The translations under genes were made by a program, and so were the position numbers. A stretch of 64,000 nucleotides of DNA. Origin: Gammaproteobacteria bacterium. GTDB lineage: Bacteria > Pseudomonadota > Gammaproteobacteria > Ga0077536. Location: positions 1,777,458 to 1,841,457 of the forward strand of contig OZ257136.1 in the NCBI GenBank assembly GCA_965278995.1, read 5' to 3'. The notes below the pieces were generated by a model, which was not told where the DNA came from, made no database searches, and was given only the letters and a program-made list of their open reading frames with translations. This document shows positions 56,887 to 64,000 of this stretch, one piece after another (position 1 is the first letter of the stretch; each line of letters starts with the position of its first letter).

Positions 56887-58437
56887 TTACACGATCCGAC
56901 TCTGCCCTTCCCCCCAATAACGATCGCGCAGCACGCGCTTGTAGAGTTTGCCGGTAGGCAGTCGCGGCAGTTCAGCCTCGAAATCGACAGAGCGCGGGCA
57001 CTTGATGTGCGACAGGTGCTCGCGACAGAAAGCGATGAGTTCGGCTTCGAGCGCTGGTCCTGGAGCGATGCCAGGCATGATCTGGACGACGGCTTTAACC
57101 TCTTCGCCGAGATCCTCGTTCGGCACACCGAAGACGGCGGCGTCCTGCACTTTGGGATGCGTGATCAGAAGATTCTCGCACTCCTGCGGATAGATGTTCA
57201 CGCCGCCCGAGATGATCATGAACGTCTTACGGTCGGTGAGGTGCAGAAAGCCGTCGTCATCGAGATAGCCGATGTCGTTTACTGTACTCATGGTGCCGTC
57301 GGGCGAGCACGCTTCAGCCGTCTTTTTCGGATCGTTGTAATACTCGAACGGCGTGGCAGTCTTGAACCAGAGCGTACCGGCAGTGCCCCGCGGACATTCG
57401 CGCAGGTCGTCGTCGAGAACATGCAGCTCACCGAGCAGGATGCGCCCGACCGTGCCGGGATGGGCCAGCCACTCAGCGCTGTTGCAGGCCGCAAAACCCA
57501 GGCCTTCGGTCGCGCCGTAATACTCGTGGATGATCGGTCCCCACCACTCAATCATTGCGTGCTTGACCTGCTGCGGGCAGGGTGCTGCCGCATGCACGGC
57601 GAACTCGAGTGAGTCGAGTCGGTAGCGCTTGCGCACTGCCTCTGGCAGTTTCAACAGGCGGCTGAACATGGTCGGAACCAGCTGGCTGTGCGTGACCTGA
57701 TACCGCTCTACCAGCGCCAGATACTGCTCGGGATCGAAGCGCTCCATGATAATGCTGGTACCGCCCATGCGAATGGTCAGACCGACAGCCGCATTTGGCG
57801 CGGAGTGGTAGAGCGGCGCGGGCGACAGATAAATCATTCCTGGCCGGTACTGCCACAGCTTGAGCAGGAACTGATAAAGCGGCAGACCTTCGACGGGCGC
57901 AACATCGGGCAGCGGCCGCAGAATGCCTTTCGGGCGCCCGGTCGTTCCGGACGAATAAAGCATCGACGTGCCGAGGCATTCGTCCGCAATCGGGGTGGTC
58001 GGCATCGCCGCAACAGCGCCCAGATAATCGATACCGAGTGCGGGTGCTTCGCCACCATCAACCACCAGGCAGAGCTTGATGCGCGGACACAACGGCAACG
58101 CTTCAGCAACTATTTCGAGTTTCGCCTGCGAGGTAATGAGGATCTGCGAATGACTGTCATTCAGGATGAACGCGAGTTCGTCCGCATTAAGATAGGAATT
58201 TACGCAGGTGTAATACAGTCCCGCGCGACTGCCGGCGCCGCAGGTCTCCAGATAGCGCGCGTTGTTCTCCATGAATATCGCGTAGTGATCGCGCGGGCCG
58301 AGCCCGTGGCGTCGAAACAGATGCGCCAGCTGATTGGTCCGCTTCTCGAACTCGCCGTACGTGATGACCTCGCCGGTCGCGGCCATGATGTAGCAGGGCA
58401 CGTCAGCTCGCTCCTGCGCATATTTACCTGCGTACAT
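56887..58437 (-). CDS. AMP-dependent acyl-CoA synthetase
   Basis: It has an ATG start and the motifs LYSSGTTGRPKGI, YGATE and GKLYKR. Confidence 0.9.
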   Translation of the reverse strand: MYAGKYAQERADVPCYIMAATGEVITYGEFEKRTNQLAHLFRRHGLGPRDHYAIFMENNARYLETCGAGSRAGLYYTCVNSYLNADELAFILNDSHSQILITSQAKLEIVAEALPLCPRIKLCLVVDGGEAPALGIDYLGAVAAMPTTPIADECLGTSMLYSSGTTGRPKGILRPLPDVAPVEGLPLYQFLLKLWQYRPGMIYLSPAPLYHSAPNAAVGLTIRMGGTSIIMERFDPEQYLALVERYQVTHSQLVPTMFSRLLKLPEAVRKRYRLDSLEFAVHAAAPCPQQVKHAMIEWWGPIIHEYYGATEGLGFAACNSAEWLAHPGTVGRILLGELHVLDDDLRECPRGTAGTLWFKTATPFEYYNDPKKTAEACSPDGTMSTVNDIGYLDDDGFLHLTDRKTFMIISGGVNIYPQECENLLITHPKVQDAAVFGVPNEDLGEEVKAVVQIMPGIAPGPALEAELIAFCREHLSHIKCPRSVDFEAELPRLPTGKLYKRVLRDRYWGEGQSRIV

Positions 58438-58470
58438 CGCCGCTCCCCCTGATCGCGGTTCGAACTATGC

Positions 58471-59343
58471 TCAGCGACCAGTGCTGGTCGAGCGTTTCTC
58501 GATATCAGCCAGCACCGGCAGCAGATATTTCTTGAACTGCGCCGGGTCTTCCGACATCGGAAAATGGCCCATACCTTCCATCAGGGTGTAGGTCGCACCC
58601 GGTACGGCATCGGCCAGCGCTTTGGAGGCCGCAGGATAGGCCGACCAGTCGTACTCGCCGCTCAGTACATACAGCATGCATTTGCGGGTATCGATATTCT
58701 GTGCGGTCTCACGCAGGTCATGTTCGATGCCGTAGTAATTGAGATCGCCGGCGAACACCGCTGGGGCGCCCTGACTGTACATCCACACGGTTTCGCGTAC
58801 CGAGACGTCGGGTGCGTTCGGCGAACAGAGGCTCATCATTGCCGCCGGTTTCGATTCATTCGACAGGCGCGGATGATGCCACCACTGCGAGATCAGGCGG
58901 TCCATCTCACCGCTCCACATCGACGCTTCGAGGCCGATGCAGGCGCGGAATGCGTCGGGGTGATGGAGCGCCAGATCGCCGGCCAGATGTCCGCCCATCG
59001 AACAGCCCATATAGACCGGTCGTTCGAGCTCCAGCGCGCGGACCAGCGCCACCCAATAGTTCATGAACCAGGTTTTGGTGAGTCGATATTCCTCTTCCCA
59101 GTAGCGCTTGCCGGCAGGTGGCAGTGACTTACCGTGGTAAGGAAGATCGACGGCAAACACGCTGAAGCGCGAAGTGATTTCGCCATCTTCGAGCAGGTGG
59201 CGGAACTGCCGTCCGTCGGAGCCCGCCGTATGCTGGCAGACCAGCGGAATGCCCTGCCCGGCCTGTTCGACATAAACGCGGTATTCGAGACCCTCGACGT
59301 CGAGGTAAAGATAGCGCCCGGTAATAGCTGAATAGCGTGCCAT
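58471..59343 (-). CDS. Alpha/beta-fold hydrolase
   Basis: It has an ATG start, the nucleophile elbow GCSMGG and a C-terminal GHFP motif. Confidence 0.85.
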   Translation of the reverse strand: MARYSAITGRYLYLDVEGLEYRVYVEQAGQGIPLVCQHTAGSDGRQFRHLLEDGEITSRFSVFAVDLPYHGKSLPPAGKRYWEEEYRLTKTWFMNYWVALVRALELERPVYMGCSMGGHLAGDLALHHPDAFRACIGLEASMWSGEMDRLISQWWHHPRLSNESKPAAMMSLCSPNAPDVSVRETVWMYSQGAPAVFAGDLNYYGIEHDLRETAQNIDTRKCMLYVLSGEYDWSAYPAASKALADAVPGATYTLMEGMGHFPMSEDPAQFKKYLLPVLADIEKRSTSTGR

Positions 59344-59353
59344 GGTGAACTCC

Positions 59354-59761
59354 TCAAGCCGCGCTCAAGCGGGCGCGCACGCATTCACCCATGACGGCGT
59401 GAATGCGACGCAGCGCGTAGTAGTAGGCGTAAGCCGATTCGAGATCGCCACCGAACTCGAACGGGTGATGAAACGATGCCGCGAACCAGTCGTGATAGAA
59501 CGGGCGCGGCTTCTCGACCAGCATCTGTTCCCAGACCTCCACCGGTCCACCAATATTGATCGTATACGGATCAAAACCTTGCGTGCCGTGCTGAAAATTG
59601 GCGACCTGGCCATTCTCGACGCGCATGAAATAACGGTCGTCGCCGACCACGAAACGCAGGTCGCAATACCAGAAACGGGCCGTCAGCTTGAACTCACGAT
59701 CGGCGTTCAAGCGCTCGCGGATTTCGGCGACAGGCAAGAGCAGGGTCGTACCCATGAACAT
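59354..59761 (-). CDS. Hypothetical protein (possibly SCP2-like)
   Basis: ATG has a strong GGAG RBS and the composition is balanced. The functional call is not secure. Confidence 0.6.
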   Translation of the reverse strand: MFMGTTLLLPVAEIRERLNADREFKLTARFWYCDLRFVVGDDRYFMRVENGQVANFQHGTQGFDPYTINIGGPVEVWEQMLVEKPRPFYHDWFAASFHHPFEFGGDLESAYAYYYALRRIHAVMGECVRARLSAA

Positions 59762-59823
59762 GACTCCTTCAAACAGAGCCAGGCAGATCCCGTCTGAGGG
59801 ACCTGCCTGCGATATCGTGGACT

Positions 59824-60471
59824 TCAGCCTTTCGAGGCCATGAACGCCTGCAGCGCAGCCTGCTGATCGGCCATCACTTTGGCGCCGGCGGTACGTGCGT
59901 TGGTGGCGTCGATGGCACCTTTCAGACCTGGCACTTCAGCGACGATATCCCAGCCATAGACTGCCTGGCATACCGGTGCCGCGTAGATGAACGTATGCGC
60001 GGCGAAGATATCAGCGTAGGAAAATTCCCCAGCCAGGTACGGCTTGAACGAACCGAGACGGCGAAGCGCCGCCAGGCCTTTCTCGATCACCGGCTTCACT
60101 TCCGTCACGGCGGCGTCATTGCGCGCTTCGCCGAAAAAGATTTCCGGATAATGGCGTCGCGCCGGCAGCTCGACATAGAGTTCGAGCACCTTGACCAGTT
60201 CGCGAACTTTGGCAGCAGCGAACGCATCTTTCGGCAGGAGCGCGGTACTCGGTACAGATGCATCGACGTAGTCGACTATTGCCGAGGTCTCAGACAGAAA
60301 ACCCTTGTCGGTTTCGATACACGGCACCTTGCCCATCGGGCTTTTCGACGTGTAGTCGCTTTCCTGGCTCGGCATCGCCGCGACTTCCTCGAACTTGGCG
60401 CCTTTCTCGAGCAGGGCGAACTTCGCCATGTTGTAGTAATTGCTGACAGCGAATCCGTAGAGCTTGATCAT
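59824..60471 (-). CDS. Glutathione S-transferase
   Basis: I used the internal ATG 60471, which follows GAGGAG. MIKLYGFAVSNYYNMAKFALLEKG and the overall layout fit a GST N- plus C-domain. Confidence 0.85.
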   Translation of the reverse strand: MIKLYGFAVSNYYNMAKFALLEKGAKFEEVAAMPSQESDYTSKSPMGKVPCIETDKGFLSETSAIVDYVDASVPSTALLPKDAFAAAKVRELVKVLELYVELPARRHYPEIFFGEARNDAAVTEVKPVIEKGLAALRRLGSFKPYLAGEFSYADIFAAHTFIYAAPVCQAVYGWDIVAEVPGLKGAIDATNARTAGAKVMADQQAALQAFMASKG

Positions 60472-60606
60472 GGGCTGAACTCTCCTCAAGTGGCGTGTAA
60501 CTCTCAGGGCTTGTGGCGCCGGGTGTGGCCGGTCGCGGGCGCCGCACAGTATACCCGCTCGTCAGTCCGGGATAGTCACCGTTGGGCGCGATCGCGTTAT
60601 CCAGCA

Positions 60607-61470
60607 CTACATCGAGCAACCGATGCGGCGCCCGATGTCGGCGTATTTGTCCAGCCAGCGCAGAACCGTGTCTTTATCTTCGGTCGGACAGCGCGGGATG
60701 GCGCGCAGCACGAATCCGGAATCGGCAAAACGCCGCAAGTCGTCCTCCTTGGTCTCAAAGATATCGAACATCGATATCGACACGGAGTCCGGATCGCGCC
60801 CATTGGCGCGCAGACGCGCATGCAGATCGGCGACATCGGCCGCCAGATCGCCATGAAACAAATCTATCGGGATCCAGCCGTCGCCGAAATCAGCCACCCG
60901 CTGACGACCCCACGCCGAGCCGAAAGTGCCCAGGATCACCGGCGGATGCGGCTGTTGGACCGGCTTGGGATAGGACCATACGCGATCAAAATTGACCCAC
61001 TCGCCGTGAAAGCTCGCCTCGTCCTGCGTCCATAGCGCTTTCATGGCCCGCACGCGCTCCTCGAGCACTTTCCAGCGCTTGGCGTAAGGCGTGCCGTGAT
61101 TCTCCATTTCCTCCCGGTTCCAGCCGGCGCCGACGCCGAACAGAAAACGTCCGTTGGAAAGCTGATCGACTGTCGCCACGGTCTTGGCGAGCGAGAGCGG
61201 CTCGTGTTCGACGACCAGCGAAATACCGGTGCCAATCTTGATGGTTTTCGTGACGACCGCTGCAGCGGCTGCGCTGACGAACGGATCGGACATATGTACG
61301 TATTCGCGCGGCAGTGGTCCGTTGCCCGGCCAGGGCGTCAGACGACTGGCCGGAATATGCGTGTGTTCCGGAAACCAGACCGACTCGAAGCCGCGCTCTT
61401 CGGCCGCGATCGCGAGATCGTCGGCACGGATCGAATATTCCGTATTGAAGCTGAAGACACCCAGTTGCAT
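60607..61470 (-). CDS. LLM-class oxidoreductase (F420-dependent-type subfamily by motif)
   Basis: I used the internal ATG 61470. It has FPEHTHIP and GVGAGWNREE, and is paralogous to 21459-22304. Confidence 0.82.
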   Translation of the reverse strand: MQLGVFSFNTEYSIRADDLAIAAEERGFESVWFPEHTHIPASRLTPWPGNGPLPREYVHMSDPFVSAAAAAVVTKTIKIGTGISLVVEHEPLSLAKTVATVDQLSNGRFLFGVGAGWNREEMENHGTPYAKRWKVLEERVRAMKALWTQDEASFHGEWVNFDRVWSYPKPVQQPHPPVILGTFGSAWGRQRVADFGDGWIPIDLFHGDLAADVADLHARLRANGRDPDSVSISMFDIFETKEDDLRRFADSGFVLRAIPRCPTEDKDTVLRWLDKYADIGRRIGCSM

Positions 61471-61534
61471 TGCTGTTCCCCGTATCCGATTGCTTGAAAA
61501 TGACTGGCCCGGCTGACCTCGCCGCCGGCCGCGC

Positions 61535-62758
61535 TCAGCGACTTCGCTCGACGCTGGCCTGACCGGCGATGCCGAACTGATCGAGAATTTCACGCGTGTG
61601 CTCACCGAGATTCGCACCGCGCCGATGCACACCGCCCGGCGTCTGCGCGAAATGTACCGGCACGCCGGCAACTGTCAGCTCACGACCCAGTTCGGGCAGC
61701 GCCAACGGCGCGGCCATGCCGCGCAGTCCGACGTGCGTGTCGGCCATGATGTCACTGATATCGTTGACCGGGCCGAAAGGGACTTTGCCACCCAGCGCGA
61801 CGGCACACTCCGCGCGCGTGCGCTGGCCACTCCAGGCCGTGATCGCTGCACGCACCAGCGCGCCATGCGTGACCCGCGAGGGGTTGCTGGCGAAGCGTTC
61901 GTCACTCAGCATGTCAGCGCGACCGATGATTCCGGCGAGTGTCCGCCATTGCGCTTCTATCGGGCATCCAATGGCAATCCAGCCATCGCTGGCCTCGAAA
62001 ATCGAGAATGGGCAGACCAGCGGATGTTCGTTGCCTTCGGCGCCGGGCACCCGGCCGGTGACCGAGTGCTGGTAGACGATGCGTTCGCACAACCCGATCA
62101 TCGCATCGTACATGGCGACATCGAGGAACTGGCCGCTGCCGCTGCGTTCGGCATGCCGCAGGGCCGCGACGATCCCGAAAGCGAGCATGATGCCGGGCAC
62201 GATATCACCGATACCCGGGCCTGCTTTCATCGGCGTGCCGGGCCCGGTCACGCTCATGAAACCGCTCATGGCCTGGGCGACGATATCGAATGCCGGCCAG
62301 TTCATATACGGGCTGTCGCCTGTGCGCGGATCGCCGAAACCCCGGATCGCAGCGTAGATCAGCCGCGGATTGCGTTCGCGCAGAATCTCATACGACAGCC
62401 CGAGCCGGTCCATCACACCCGCGCGATAGTTCTCGACGACAACATCGACACGAGCGGCGAGGTCGCGTGCGATGGCGCAATCGCCCGGCTGCTTGAGGTC
62501 GAGCACGAGACTGCGCTTGTTGCGGTTGACGCTGTGGAAGTACCCGCCTTGACGACGCTCGGTATCCTCCTTGAACCAGGGCCCGAGACTGCGTGAGAGG
62601 TCACCTTCCGGCGGTTCGACCTTGAGCACATCGGCGCCGTGATCGGCAAGCATCATGGTGCAATAAGGGCCGGACAGGACCTGCGTGAAATCGAGGACGG
62701 TGACGCCGCGCAACACGCCATCGAGGCCGTTGGCAGGTTGCACAGTTGCAGTGCTCAT
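61535..62758 (-). CDS. CaiB/BaiF-family (type III) CoA-transferase
   Basis: Motifs VLDFTQVLSGPYCTMMLADHGADVLKVEPP and ENYR fit the family. Confidence 0.9.
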   Translation of the reverse strand: MSTATVQPANGLDGVLRGVTVLDFTQVLSGPYCTMMLADHGADVLKVEPPEGDLSRSLGPWFKEDTERRQGGYFHSVNRNKRSLVLDLKQPGDCAIARDLAARVDVVVENYRAGVMDRLGLSYEILRERNPRLIYAAIRGFGDPRTGDSPYMNWPAFDIVAQAMSGFMSVTGPGTPMKAGPGIGDIVPGIMLAFGIVAALRHAERSGSGQFLDVAMYDAMIGLCERIVYQHSVTGRVPGAEGNEHPLVCPFSIFEASDGWIAIGCPIEAQWRTLAGIIGRADMLSDERFASNPSRVTHGALVRAAITAWSGQRTRAECAVALGGKVPFGPVNDISDIMADTHVGLRGMAAPLALPELGRELTVAGVPVHFAQTPGGVHRRGANLGEHTREILDQFGIAGQASVERSR

Positions 62759-62802
62759 TCGGAATGACTCATTAACAGCAGTGCTCTTTCAACGGCTGGT
62801 CT

Positions 62803-63984
62803 TCACTGAGCTGGCTTGCCCAGCAGATTATCGGAAATGATCCGCAGCTGAATTTCCGAAGTACCTTCGAATATCCGGGTCAGACGAGCGTCTCGCCAAT
62901 ACCGTTCGACCGCGTAGAGTTTGGTATAGCCTGCACCACCGAAAATCTGCAGAGCGTCCGAGGTCACGCGCTCGGCCATCTCGGAGGCAAAATACTTGGC
63001 CATCGAGGCCTCGGTATCGGCGCGTTCGCCGCTGTCGATGCGCGCGCACACCGAATACATCAGCTGGCGCGCCGCTTCGATAGAGGTTGCCATGCGCGCC
63101 AGTTTGAAACGCAGGTCCTGAAACTCTGCAATCGGATGACCGAACTGCTGTCGTTCCAGCGCATAGGCGCGCGCATCTTCGAATGCCCCTTGCGCCAGAC
63201 CAATGGCCCGCGCTGCAGTATGTGCGCGTGCTTCGTCGAGTCCGCGCGCCAGCGCATAGAACGCTCTGCCCTCTTCGCCGATCAGCGCGTTCGCCGGCAG
63301 GCGCAGACCGTCGAACGCGAGTTCGAAGGTTTTCCAGCCGAAATAGCCGATCTTCGGGATCTCGGCTCCGTGCACCCCGGGTGGCAGGGAACCGCGTTGC
63401 TTGTCGATCAGGAAAGCGCTGATGCCGAGATGGCGTCGCTCAGGCGTCGGCGGCTGTGTCGTTCGTGCGAACAGCAGGATGTAGTCGGCGCCATCGGCAA
63501 ACGTGCACCAGTATTTATTCCCGGTAATCACCCAGCTATTACCGTCGCGTACCGCGCGACAGGCGATCGAGGCGAGGTCCGAACCGGTCTCCGGTTCAGA
63601 CAACGACATGGCACCGAGATACTCGCCGCGCGCGACGCGCGGCAGGATTTGCGCACGCTGCGCGTCGTTCAGCAGGTCCATTGTCAGCGTGCCGTTACCG
63701 CGCGCGATGATGCTGGCCACGCTCATCCAGCCTCGCGCCAGCTGTTCGGCAATCAGGCAGTACTCGAAACACCCCAGCCCGCTGCCACCGTGGACTTCGG
63801 GAATACGAATGCCGAAGTAGCCCATCTCGGCGAGCTTGTCGCGTAGCGCCATCGGGATCTCGCCCTGGACCGGGTCAAGCGCGTTTGCGACCGGCAGGAC
63901 TTCGGCCAGCGTGAATGCGCGCGCCGTATCGCGGATCATGCACCGCTCGGGCGACAGCTGATAAGCGGCCTCGCCGATACTCAT
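62803..63984 (-). CDS. Acyl-CoA dehydrogenase
   Basis: It has MSLSEPETGSD, the C-terminal QIFGGAGY and IFEGTSEIQ. Confidence 0.92.
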   Translation of the reverse strand: MSIGEAAYQLSPERCMIRDTARAFTLAEVLPVANALDPVQGEIPMALRDKLAEMGYFGIRIPEVHGGSGLGCFEYCLIAEQLARGWMSVASIIARGNGTLTMDLLNDAQRAQILPRVARGEYLGAMSLSEPETGSDLASIACRAVRDGNSWVITGNKYWCTFADGADYILLFARTTQPPTPERRHLGISAFLIDKQRGSLPPGVHGAEIPKIGYFGWKTFELAFDGLRLPANALIGEEGRAFYALARGLDEARAHTAARAIGLAQGAFEDARAYALERQQFGHPIAEFQDLRFKLARMATSIEAARQLMYSVCARIDSGERADTEASMAKYFASEMAERVTSDALQIFGGAGYTKLYAVERYWRDARLTRIFEGTSEIQLRIISDNLLGKPAQ

Positions 63985-64000
63985 TGCTGATAACCGCCGC

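Noticed and set aside
1-64000. CRISPR arrays, tRNA/rRNA genes and IS elements
   Set aside because: Reading the intergenic regions revealed no regularly spaced direct repeats, no cloverleaf-compatible segments and no transposase-like ORFs.

Overview
High-GC proteobacterial chromosomal segment with about 58 protein-coding genes. I found no rRNA, tRNA, CRISPR array, transposase or integrase. The flanks (1-23.6 kb and 40-64 kb) carry ordinary housekeeping and catabolic genes. These include an NhaD antiporter, a DsbA-like protein, SurE, a hydantoinase/oxoprolinase pair, four luciferase-like (LLM) oxidoreductases, an OmpR/histidine-kinase pair beside HtrA, CysK, SrkA and a thiolase. They also include GbsR plus a short-Q-loop cytochrome bd oxidase, two nitronate monooxygenases, a 1376-aa multi-PAS GGDEF-EAL protein, DAHP synthase, TauD and an acyl-CoA metabolism block. 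The centre (23.6-40 kb) is the unusual part: a cofactor-acquisition region under cis-regulatory elements that are readable in the DNA. It has three Fur-box-like operators and one cobalamin riboswitch. It encodes two TonB-dependent receptors (one heme-type, one BtuB-like), hutZ-hmuTUV, two paralogous 4-TM membrane proteins and eight exported proteins. All eight end in a VP[LIV]P + hydrophobic helix + Arg-cluster signal, resembling the VPLPA-CTERM / PEP-CTERM sorting domain. Three of the eight form a paralogous family, and each paralogue sits directly behind a Fur box. Two others are zinc metalloproteases. One is DUF4465-like and sits in the B12 riboswitch operon. No exosortase, TonB or ExbBD gene lies in the window. 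I interpret this as an uncharacterised, iron- and B12-regulated, surface-tethered capture system (hemophore-like and B12-binding proteins plus proteases). Separately, at 55.2-56.3 kb two adjacent ORFs are best read as one selenoprotein (W-G-S-Y-U-G-C redox motif) with a hairpin downstream of the UGA. All functional calls rest on motif recognition by eye; no database search was possible. Where the ORF-track first codon is TTG or GTG, or its N-terminal extension overlaps a neighbouring gene or regulatory element, I re-derived the start.
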